Positions 14,081-25,726 of a stretch of DNA of 64,000 bases are shown here, in pieces (position 1 is the stretch's first letter; each line of letters starts with the position of its first letter). Position numbers and translations under genes: made by a program. Source of the DNA: Eledone cirrhosa (lineage: Eukaryota); assembly GCA_964016885.1 (NCBI GenBank), contig OZ024763.1, positions 9,052,001 through 9,116,000 of the forward strand, in the 5' to 3' direction. The notes beneath the pieces were generated by a model, which saw only the letters and a program-made list of their open reading frames with translations, had not been told where the DNA came from and made no database searches.

Positions 14081-14620
14081 GTAAAGTGGTCATGTAGGTG
14101 TCATGACAAAAAGTCCCCAGTCCACACTGTAAAGTGGTCATGTAGGTGTCATGACAAAAAGTCCCCAGTACACACTGTAAAGTAGTCATGTAAGTGTCAT
14201 GACAAAAAGTCCCCAGTACACACTGTAAAGTCGTCATGTAGGTGTCACAACAAAAAGTCCCTAGTCCACACTGTAAAGTGGTCATGTAGGTGTCACAACA
14301 AAAAGTCCCCAGTCCACACTGTAAAGTGGTCATGTAGGTGTCACAACAAAAAGTCCCCAGTCCACACTGTAAAGTGGTCATGTAGGTGTCACAACAAAAA
14401 GTCCCCAGTCCACACTGTAAAGTGGTCATGTAGGTGTCACAACAAAAAGTCCCCAGTACACACTGTAAATGTGGTTGGTGTTAGGAAGGCCTCCAGCCAT
14501 TGAAACCAAGCCAGAAACAGTTCTGTGTGAGCAAGACATGGTCACCTGATCCAACTTGGGACATCCAGTCTAACCCATGCTAGCAGGGAAGATGGATGTT
14601 AAAAGATGATGATGATGATG
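14079..14620 (+). repeat. 48-bp tandem repeat (about 8 units) amplified within an RTE-type 3' UTR ending in (GAT)n
   Basis: Unit tgtaaagtggtcatgtaggtgtcacaacaaaaagtccccagtccacac, related to 908-950. Followed by ggttggtgttaggaagg and the family tail. Confidence 0.85.
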
Positions 14621-14769
14621 TGACTGTACATTGTTTTATTTCCTTTTTCATGAGCTATATATATTTTTGTTGCTGTTGTTATCTTTTTAAACATACATTT
14701 ATTAAACGAAAACTAATATTATCGTCATCATCATCATCCAGTTTTTGATTATGCAGGACACAATTAATC

Positions 14770-15210
14770 CCTAAGAAGGGGTGGTCCTGCCTGGCAGCCC
14801 TCCTTAGCGTCCAGTTCTACATGTTTCTGTCCACTGGTCTCATTTGGGCCAGGCCTAGCCTAGCTTGATCCCGACAGACATCCATCCAAGTCCTTTTTGG
14901 TCTTCCTAGGCAGTTACTGCCTCCTGGATTGACATTCATCACTTTGTTGATCCAGCCCTCACTGCGCTTGACATGGCCGTACCAGCTCATGTGTCTCGTG
15001 TGAAGCACAACCTTGAGGTCATTGATCAGCAGTTTTTCCAGGAGCTCAGTTGAGCTAACATCATCATCAGTGGTCACACAGGACATCCAGCGGATCATAG
15101 CTCTGTCATTTCTTCTGAGCTGATTCAGATAGTCGGATGACAAGGTCCAGGTCTTGCTGGCATGGAGCAACACACTTCTCACACAGGCGTTGTAAATCTG
15201 CCCTTTGTGA
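14770..15210 (-). mobile_element. RTE LINE C-terminal fragment
   Basis: KGQIYNACVRSVLLHASKTW...WYGHVKR...GRPKRTW. Confidence 0.8.
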
Positions 15211-15467
15211 CATTATTACATATAACTATGAGATATAAATAGAAATAAGAATTAAGTTTGGTTATTTGGAAGCTGGACAATCCATGTTTGGTAAAAATGC
15301 CAAGGTAATAAAACTTTAGGCAAACTACCATACCTATATTATTTGACAATCCCTACAAGGCATGTCTCTGTTTTAAATATATACATAAATAACATAAAAA
15401 ATTTGTCAATATAACCCTCATCATAATATTACAAATAAAAAAAGAAAGGAGAAAGGAAAAAGAAAAA

Positions 15468-15709
15468 AACACACAAGCAGGTAATACACACATCTAGGAC
15501 CACATACAACACACAAGCAGGTAATACACACATCTAGGACCACATACAACACACAAGCAGGTAATATATACATCTAGGACCACATACAACACACAAGCAG
15601 GTAATATATACATCTAGGACCACATACAACACACAAGCAGGTAATACACACATCTAGGACCACATACAACACACAAGCAGGTAATACATACATCTAGGAC
15701 CACATACAA
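15468..15709. repeat. 40-bp minisatellite x6
   Basis: Unit aacacacaagcaggtaatacacacatctaggaccacatac. Confidence 0.9.
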
Positions 15710-16337
15710 GAAAAGGCAGGAGAAAGGGGTGGACAAACGAACCGCTGCCAGAGCAAAAGATAATATCGCGAGGAACACTGAGAAACCTCTCTAATAAATT
15801 TTTAGGTAAGCCAGCATGTTCACAGTGTTGCTTTGGGTGATGGCGAGGCTGATGCATTGGAACAGTCAAGCACCTTCACTAGCATCACCAATTAACTCAG
15901 TTAGCAGCCCAACTCCCCCAAACGTCTTGAACGCCACAGGCTGGAAAAGTAGTTAACTGAGAGATCTTGGTACTAAATATATATTTGCTAGAATTTGCAA
16001 CGCAGGCATTTAATAAAACATATCCTTAGACATTATTATCGCGGTGAGGTTAGCTTTGACTTTCATCATTATGAGGGGGTCGATAAAATATAGTACCAGT
16101 AACACACTGGGGGCGATTTGACTTCTCCTTCCCTCTCTGGACTTGTGCCTAAACCAGAAGCTATTATTATTACCAGCAGACCTGCCAACTTCTAACAACC
16201 CAAACGGGGAGAACCATGAAAAAAAAATGAGGCAAAATGGGGAGATTTTACATAATGAAAGCTATACCCAGACATCTCTCACCCACCCCAAAGTAGGTGG
16301 GAGATCTTCCATGTCAGATGGGGAGAGTTGACAGGTT

Positions 16338-17927
16338 TCTACCAGTAATGCACTGGAGTCAATTTAATCGGTGGGCTTACATCTCGGAACCTGGAGAGGC
16401 AAGCCCATGCCGTCCAACAGCGCCGTGGGGCTCTGGGCGGACGGGTAAAGTTGCTCGGGGTTTGTTTCGGACCAGACCTCCAGGTGGAAAAGAATTGGGA
16501 TGAGGTAACGAGCAGAGTAGCCAGTCTCACCCAAAAATAGGCTGGGAGGAAGCTATCACTGAAAGGTCGCGTGGAGGTGGCGTATGCGTACATCGCGTAC
16601 GTCATCTACTACCGCCTGACTGTCGTGCCTTGCCTCCATCCATGCCTCGTCAAGTTGGAACGGCTCCTCTTCAAATTCTTGTGGAGGGGACAAGTTCCGT
16701 TGGTGAGTTGGTCCATCTGCTGCCAGCACCCTCTACGCGGAGGGCTGGGCATGCCGTGGCTAATGATGCGCAGACATGCGTTGAGGCTGCAACATCTCCA
16801 GATATTCTGCCTAAACGGTGAACAGGTGTGGTCGCCGTTTATCAGACGGGTCTTTCCGCAGCTCGTTTCTTTGACTGAGCTGCAGTCCTGGGTCAAGAAG
16901 AGACCGAGACTGGGTGACTGGCACCTGGAATGTTGCAGGCACTCACTGCCCTCTACCAAGCGGGGAATGCGATCAGTGGAACTTCCACTCTCGAGTTCTA
17001 TAGAGGATTAGTGGTGGGCAAGTGCGATGATGCACTCGGAGAAGCTTTGGGCCTCGATGAAGTTGAACTGACCAGTCTGTACTGGAGGACTTTCGAGCCG
17101 GGGACGATGGACAATTTCCAGAAATCCCTCGCTTGGCAGTGCTACCGGGGGGCCCTGCCGGTTCGAGACAAACTCTACAGGCACGGAAGTGCTGTCAGAT
17201 GGACCTGCCCAAGATGCGCACAGAACGACAAAACCGTTCTGCACGCACTTGTCCAATGTCCGTGCATTACTGACTTGTGGAGTTATGTCAAACAGCTACT
17301 GTCGCGTGTGGAACGAATCCGGCTATCGGCCGAGTCCATAGTGAAGATCGACCCGCCGCCTTCCTTAGGTCAGGAAGAGCAGGACATTTTCCTCTGTCTG
17401 GTGGCAGTTGCGAAAGAGGTTATATGGTGGACCAGATTAAAAGGACTGAAGACAGACACTTTTCTCTTCGGCCAATCCCTCATCAACTTCTTCAAGTTTC
17501 ACCTGGAAAGGAAGGTGAGGGTGGAGAGAGAAGTGCTGCCCCCCCCCCCCCCAGTACATTTGCTAAAAGGTGGATGAATGTGGCGAGAATGGCCTGTGTG
17601 AATGGGCCTACTCTGACCATGCGCCTATAGGCTAGCTAACTCGAGGAGAGGGGTGCTCGCCCTGGGTGCCCTAAAAGCACAGGGGGGTTCAGGATTAGTG
17701 GGTACCCGAGTCACCCCAGGGTCGTCCACCCCCTATCGGGGAATTTATTTTGTTATATTTATGCATAGTTTATTTTATATTTTTATATCTTCATTGTTAA
17801 ATTAGTCTTACCATTGTGCACTTTTACTCGACCTTATTGTAAACCCCCACTGTCCCTGTCTTTGTATTGTCCCCTACATGTCGGCCCTTTTGGCTAATAA
17901 ATGAAATCATTATTATTATTATTATTA
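16338..17927 (+). mobile_element. Tx1/L1-clade LINE, 5'-truncated and degenerate (RT thumb + zf-RVT)
   Basis: FKFLWRG...GGLGMP; ALPVRDKL...CPRC...TVLHALVQC zinc knuckle; stops and frameshifts; AATAAA plus (ATT)n tail. Confidence 0.85.
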
Positions 17928-18589
17928 TATACTCGCATTAATTAAACAAAATTTAGAACATTTTGTACGTAAAATTAGAAATACTTGGAATAGAATAACA
18001 ATGCTTGTTACAATTACCAAATTATTATTATATATAAAAAAATTTTTTTATATTAAGCATCTAAATATTGATCTGAATCTTAAATATGATTTTTAACGAA
18101 TGAATATTTGTATAAATTGATTTCCTTCTATCGAAAAATCTTCATTCAACAAAAAAAAAAAAAATGTTGAATGAAAAGATGAGTATATGAAAAACTAAGA
18201 ACGGACTGAAACGAAACCAAGCCTCAATCTATTCGCGCACTCACCTTAATAAAGTATTTTATATATATTTTTTAATAAAAATTGAATTTTAATGACAAAT
18301 AACTGCCCGAAGTGTTAATGTTGTACCGGATATCTATACTTAAATAAAGTATTATACATTTGTGTGTGTGTATATATATATATATAATGTGCATGTATGT
18401 TTTATATATATAAAAAACATGTAATGCACAGCGTATAATGTATGCATGTGTTACACACACATACATTATATATATACGCACCTTAAACCGATAAACTATT
18501 TATATAATAATATATAAGATACACGAATGACATATTGTGATAATTTTGCATAGAAAAACATACAGGATGTAATGTCATATATACACACG

Positions 18590-18621
<32 letters not shown>

Positions 18622-18813
18622 CAGGATGGAATGTCATATACACATACACACGTATATATATATATATACATATTAGAGACACACACCCGCAATAATTAAA
18701 ACTGGGTATATACCCTTACTGTTTAATGGGGTACCCCACAATGAAACCAGTGTCTAATGGAGTGTAAATCTATATTCAGCCATCCAACCATATATATATA
18801 TATCATGTTTCAT

Positions 18814-18924
18814 GTTTAATATAGAAATGACTTCTACGGGGCTAGAACTGTTTCATTCGAAGGAAATCATCAGGAAAGACCCTGATTATTTCCTTTGAAT
18901 GAAACAGTTCTAGTCCTAGAAGCC
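18814..18924. mobile_element. Small fold-back element family F with degenerate hammerheads
   Basis: Inverted ctagaactgtttcattc...aaatcatcagg / cctgattatttcc..gaatgaaacagttctag. Homologous to 54188-54388 and 21516-21640. Confidence 0.7.
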
Positions 18925-19104
18925 ATATATATATATATATATATATACATATATATATACATATATTGTATACATCTGTGTGTGTATAAATATATATATA
19001 TATATGCACACATATATTATGTATATGTGTGCATATATGTGTGTGTATGTAAATGTATATATATTTATATGCATATATATGTGTGTGTTATTAGCTGTAC
19101 CTAC

Positions 19105-19923
19105 CTGTGCAGCATCCAATAATATATCAACAGAGACGAGAGCATTTGAGGCCGCCTCACACAGGGCATTATATATGAAGATGTCTGTGAAGAGGTACAT
19201 GGCTATTTTAATGGAGAGACGAGCTTGGCTTATTGTATTTAATATAACATCGTGGATATGGGGTTGCGAGTCCATTAAAGGTGGTTGGAACAACACACAA
19301 ACTCCGGATTCGGGCCAATGTAAGGTCGATCCTTGTTGTAGGCGATTTGGTGTGGGTAGCAGACAGCGACGGCTGTCTGTTGTGTCTCCTTCGAGTTTTT
19401 CGTCCTCGCTTAGATTAGATAGGGGTAGATCTGAGGTGGTATTGGTGTTAGTAGTGTTGGTTGTAGTTGTGGTGGTGGTGGTGGTGGTGGTGAGGGCGGT
19501 GGCTGTGGTCTCGTCGCGATCGTGACAGCGGTCGGTGTCAGCAATTAGAAGATTGTAAACATCCAAATCCTTCTTCTTATCTAATCCTAATTCTTCATCA
19601 CCAACATCAGCTTCACCCTCAGCCCCACAAACACCATCATCACCCTCAGCAGCCTCACCATCATCATCATCGTCATCTGTGGTGTGTTCAACGTCCCTCC
19701 ATTGATGAATACGGCTGGTTTTTAAGATAAACTGGAGACGTTCGCTGGTCGAAATAGTTCCTTGGTCCTGGAAATATTTCTCTTCTTCGTCACTAAGGAA
19801 TAAAGGGATGTTATGGCTCTCTAAATAATTAAAATAAGCCTCTAAACCTTCGTTTGCAAGAATAAAAACTGCTTCGTATTGGTATTGAAGCATGTTTTCT
19901 GATGTGGCTGCTGGAGTCGACAT
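19105..19923 (-). CDS. FAM83/DUF1669-like PLD-fold protein, exon 1 (273 codons)
   Basis: EGLEAYFNYL..FLSDEE, WP, VLFQPP..PHIHDVI..I..A...I.IAMYLFTD..I...L.EA.....V.ILLD match the FAM83 N-terminal domain. Donor CAG|GTAGGT at 19105/19104, phase 0; joins exon 2 as ILLDAAQ-VDKFLEM. Confidence 0.85.
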
Positions 19924-19944
19924 TGTGTAGTCTTTCTCTCACTG

Positions 19945-20830
19945 CAGCTGCTACTACTGACACTACCACTACAGCTACTACCACAGCTGCTGCTGCTGAC
20001 ACTACCACTACAGCTACTACCACAGCTGCTGCTGCTGACACTACCACTACAGCTACTACCACAGCTGCTGCTGCTGACGCTACCACTACAGCTACTACCA
20101 CAGCTGCTGCTGCTGGCACTACCACTACAGCTACTACCACAGTTGCTGACACTACCACTACAGCTACTACCACAGCTGCTGCTGCTGGCACTACCACTAC
20201 ATCTACTACCACAACTACTGCTGCTCGCACTACCACCACAGCTGCTGCTGACACTACCACTGCAGCAGCTACTACTACGACAGTTACTACAGCTACTGCT
20301 GTTGTTTCTACCACTACTGCTACTACAGCTACCACTACTACTACGACAGTTACTGCTGCTGACACTACCACTACAGCAGCTACCACTACTACTACTACTG
20401 CAGCTACCACTACTACTACTACTACTACTGCAGCTACCACTACTACCACCACAGCTACTACTGTTGTTACTACCACTACTACTACGACAGCTACTACTGC
20501 AGTTACCACTACTACTACGACAGTTACCACAGCTACTACTACTACTACTATTATGACAGTTACTACAACAGCTACTACTACTACTACAGCTACTCCTGCT
20601 GTCACTACCACCACTACTACTACAGCTGCTACTACTACTACTACTACAGCTACTGCTGCTGCTACTACCACCACTACTACTACTACAGCTACTGCTACTA
20701 CCACCACTAATACTACTACAGCTTCTGCTACTGCTGCTGCTACTACCACCACTACTACTACTACAGCTACTGCTACTGCTACTACCACCACTAATACTAC
20801 TACTGCTACTGCCACTACTACTACTACTAC
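19945..20830. repeat. (ACT/ACC/GCT)n trinucleotide-derived array, with about 39-bp higher-order units at the start
   Basis: gacactaccactacagctactaccacagctgctgctgct units decaying into (ACT)n, directly upstream of the FAM83-like ATG. Confidence 0.85.
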
Positions 20831-21009
20831 AAAAAAAAAAGATTTGGATCGATAAGGAGTTCTCTCCCTTCCTTCCTTCTTATAACATGTACCTCCCGAG
20901 AGGGAGTTTTCGTATTGAAATTGCGAGGATAGACTTAATTGATTAAAGATTATTATTCTATGTGATTACATGTACACATACACACATATATACACATATG
21001 TGCTATAAA

Positions 21010-21200
21010 TAATTGTTTCTACTTTTGGCACAAGGCCAGCAATTAAACCAGTGTATTACTGGTACTTTATTTTATCGACCCCGTAAGGATGAAAGGCAAA
21101 GTTAACCTCGGCGGGATTTGAATTCCGACCATAAAGGGCCGTAACTCTTTGCTGCAAAGCATGGCGTCCGACCCTCTACCGATACTACCAATCCACCGCT
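21010..21200 (-). mobile_element. tRNA-derived SINE
   Basis: Reverse complement of the 7637-7821 family. Confidence 0.85.
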
Positions 21201-21232
21201 TATATGTACTATAAATAATATTTATATATATA

Positions 21233-21265
<33 letters not shown>

Positions 21266-21442
21266 CTTGAGGTTGTGAGTTCCATTCCTGGACCGGGCGA
21301 TGCCTTATGTCCTTGAGCAAGACACTTTATTTCACGTTGCGCCTTCTACTTGGAGTTGCGGCCGATAGATAGTATTAGCAACGGGAAAGACCAACGGAGA
21401 CATTGTTTCCTCGGTCCGATTTAACGAAAGTCGATCGATCCT

Positions 21443-21517
<75 letters not shown>

Positions 21518-21662
21518 GTTATTCCGGGTTGAATCGGAGGTAACCACAGTAAGTAAGGTAAAAAATACATAGAGTATAAAAGTTTTAATATAGAAGAGAT
21601 TATACAGGACTAGAACTGTTTCATTATTTAGAAATCATCATATATATATAGATATATATATT

Positions 21663-21990
21663 CCAGAGTGGGTCGTGGGGGCAGAGTCCTCAAACACTCC
21701 CTCCACTGGGTCCTGTCAGAAGCAACGATCTCCAACTGATCCAGCTGATCCCCAAGCAAGACCAGCCAAATTCATGGATGTTATCCAAACATCTTGCTCA
21801 GAGTCTACCCCTGGGTCTCCTGCCAGTTGGTTTTGTCTGTAAAATCTGTCCAGTGATTCTTTCCTGAGACATTCTAACCACATGTCCATAGTATCAGAGC
21901 TGTGATCTCTCAATTGGGAGAAGTAGCAGCTCTGCTTGGAGTGACTCCCTGATCTCTGAGCTACACACTTTTCGGTCATTACCCAAGATT
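21663..21990 (-). mobile_element. RTE-like 3' fragment; related copies at 42725-43145 (+)
   Basis: Shared agtcactccaagcagagc..ttgagagatcacagctctgata..gagacccaggggtagac; encodes a degenerate GHVVRM...RPRGRP..W. Confidence 0.65.
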
Positions 21991-22446
21991 CATGACTATA
22001 GGGAAGGACAATAAATGCCATAAATGAGAAGACGAGGGAAAGAGCAAGGAGTGTAAAGCAACAGAAGAAAGAGAGGGGAGTAGGGGGGACGGTGACAAAA
22101 CTTCAAAGGTATTTCCGCGGAGAATGGTCAGCGATACCTGCTGCAACAGCCACCAAACCTCACTAGATTTCCACCTTGAAAGGGAATTTATATAGGGAGA
22201 GAACTCTTAAAATCTTTAACTTGCAAGTTGTCTCCCCTTGACTATATAATATATCAATTAAATGTTTTTTTTTAGTTTAGCGATCACAGACGTGGTTGGA
22301 ATAGCAACCAAATTTCCCTCAAATTTTATCTTATTGTATTTAAAATAAAAAAACGATGGTATACATTTAAAGAGGTAGTTGAAGGTATAGTAATTCCTCT
22401 CCCACACCCCGCTGTGTGAGTGTGTGTGTGTACTTATGCATGTGTG

Positions 22447-22487
<41 letters not shown>

Positions 22488-22714
22488 AAGGAATTGTGGT
22501 AAGGAACCAGATGGACAATAAGGCACCAGAGTACTCAATACTTAGAGTAGTAGAGTGGGAAATAGGAAAAAGTATGACCCTGACGGCAGAGCTCAAGCCG
22601 CTCCGACGGCTATTTCTGGACTAAATTAGAATTTTTAGCCAGGCTAAAGATTCTAATTTAGTCCAGAAATAGCCGTCGAAACGGCTTGGGCTCTGCCGTC
22701 GGGGTCATACTTTT

Positions 22715-22767
<53 letters not shown>

Positions 22768-22893
22768 ATAGAGTGTGGTAAAAAGCAGCCAGACTGTAAC
22801 TCACCAGAGTACTTGATACTTGGAGTAGTAGAGTACTTCGGATCTAGCGGTCGAAACGGCCGGAGCTCAGCCGTCGGGGTTCTGAATCTATTC

Positions 22894-22895
<2 letters not shown>
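22488..22895. mobile_element. Fold-back family I carrying the 3' halves of hammerhead ribozymes
   Basis: Palindrome 22562-22720 with GAAA-cggc-loop-gccg-TC-gggg. Relatives at 1651-1700, 9860-10020, 22770-22895 and 37790-37925. Confidence 0.65.
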
Positions 22896-22929
<34 letters not shown>

Positions 22930-22993
22930 CGATACTGACGTAAATATAAAGATCGAGTGCTCACCTGGGTGAACCTACACTAACTATTACACT

Positions 22994-23052
<59 letters not shown>

Positions 23053-23141
23053 CATATATAGATATACATACATATATATATATATATATATACATACATA
23101 TATAAATATATACATGGGTACATATATATATATATACATGG

Positions 23142-23182
<41 letters not shown>

Positions 23183-23195
23183 CATACATACATAC

Positions 23196-23627
23196 AATGA
23201 TATTAAATAAATGGAAACTATATTTATAAAACCATATTTATTCTATTATATATATTTCAAGGGTACCAAAAACTTTGGTACGCTTTCATCAGATAAAATA
23301 CAAAGTGTGTTTTATAAATTTTGACATAACCAAGGAACATACCTTATCAGTTGAAGTATTCCTTGGATACTTCAACTGATAAGGTATGTTCCTTGGTTAT
23401 ATCAAAATTTATAAAACACACTTTGTATTTTATCTGATGAAAGCGTACCAAAGTTTTTGGTACCCTTGAAATATATATAATAGAATAAATATGGTTTTAT
23501 AAATATAGTTTCCATTTATTTAATATCATTGAATATTATACTCCAGAAAACTGTCGAGTGCTCTGAATCAGTTATAAACATTTATATTTGTTGAATTACC
23601 AACAAATTGAATATCCCTTCTGCTTAT
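23196..23627. mobile_element. Penelope-type fold-back element family A with hammerheads at 23239-23300 (-) and 23426-23487 (+)
   Basis: Near-perfect palindrome 23196-23359 / 23367-23530 plus a 3' tail. Intact CTGATGA (23434-23440) and GAAA (23468-23471). Confidence 0.85.
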
Positions 23628-24454
23628 ATACATACATATGTATATATATACACATACATATGTATATATATATATACATACATACATATATATGTCAAAA
23701 GTGACACAGAGGAGACTGAGGTTAGTTGGACATGCTCACCAACATCCAGAGTTGACATAGCACTCAGTGCTCCTGTGGGAGCCCCTACATGGACACACTG
23801 GAAGAGGAAGACCAAGGTGAACGTATGTTGATGCCCAAAGGACAGGCACTGGCCTGTTGGAGACGCGGGAAATGGCAGCGATAATGAGGGACAGAGAGCG
23901 CTGGAGAGAACTCGTCCACGGATCTCGAGAATTTTACCCGCCCTAGATATATATATATACATATGTATGTATATATATATATATATATACATACATATAT
24001 ATATATATATACATACATATATATATCTATATACATACATATATATATATATACATATACATACATATATATATATATATACATACATATATATATCTAT
24101 ATACATACATATATATATATATACATATACATATATACATATATATATACATATACATATACACATATATATATACATATACATATATACATATATATAT
24201 ACATATACATATACACATATATATATACATATACATATATACATATATACATATACATATATACATATATATATACATATACATATATATATACATATAC
24301 ATATATATATATATATACATATATACATATATATATACATATACATATATATATATATATACATATACATATACATATATATACATACATATATCTATAT
24401 ACATACATATATATATATATACATATACATATATACATATATATATACATATAC

Positions 24455-24517
<63 letters not shown>

Positions 24518-24578
24518 CATACATATATATATATATATACATACATATATATATACATATACATATATATATGTATAC

Positions 24579-24627
<49 letters not shown>

Positions 24628-24642
24628 CATATATATATATAC

Positions 24643-24673
<31 letters not shown>

Positions 24674-24932
24674 CATATACATATATATATACATATACAT
24701 ATATATATATATACATACATATATATATACATACATATATATATACATACATATATACATACATACATATATATATACATACATATATATATACATACAT
24801 ATATATATATATACATACATATATATATATATACATACATATATATATATATACATACATATATATATATATACATACATATATATATATATATACATAC
24901 ATATATATATATATACATACATATATATATAT

Positions 24933-24985
<53 letters not shown>

Positions 24986-24987
24986 CA

Positions 24988-25019
<32 letters not shown>

Positions 25020-25201
25020 CATACACATATATATATATATATACATACATATATATATATATACATACGTATATATATATATATACATACATATATATAT
25101 ATATACATACATACATATATATATATATACATACGTATATATATATATATACATACATATATATATATATACATACATATATATATATATATATGTACAT
25201 A

Positions 25202-25241
<40 letters not shown>

Positions 25242-25322
25242 CATATATATACATACATATATATATACATACATATATATATATATATACATATATATAT
25301 ACATACATATATATATACATAC

Positions 25323-25389
<67 letters not shown>

Positions 25390-25471
25390 CATACATATAT
25401 ATATACATACATATATATATACATACATATATATATACATACATATATATATACATATATATATATATATA

Positions 25472-25533
25472 TGATGGCTGCCCCCTCGTTATCGAGTATG
25501 GCCATTGCACAAAAAAAAAAAAAAAAAAAAAAA

Positions 25534-25603
<70 letters not shown>

Positions 25604-25682
25604 GCAATAATAATAATAACGACAACAACAATAATAATATACATATTCATATATATATACACACACACGCACGCACATAAGC

Positions 25683-25726
<44 letters not shown>

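Noticed and set aside
14079-15709. Possible CRISPR-like arrays (48-bp and 40-bp units; also 71-bp at 47298)
   Set aside because: Head-to-tail tandem repeats with no unique spacers, in a eukaryotic context with no cas genes.
18916-19104. C-terminal extension of the 335-aa ORF
   Set aside because: Read-through into the intron microsatellite past the GTAGGT donor.
19902-20855. Mucin-like Thr/Ala-rich ORF on the plus strand
   Set aside because: Pure trinucleotide-derived repeat with a non-ATG start, no signal peptide and no supporting exons.
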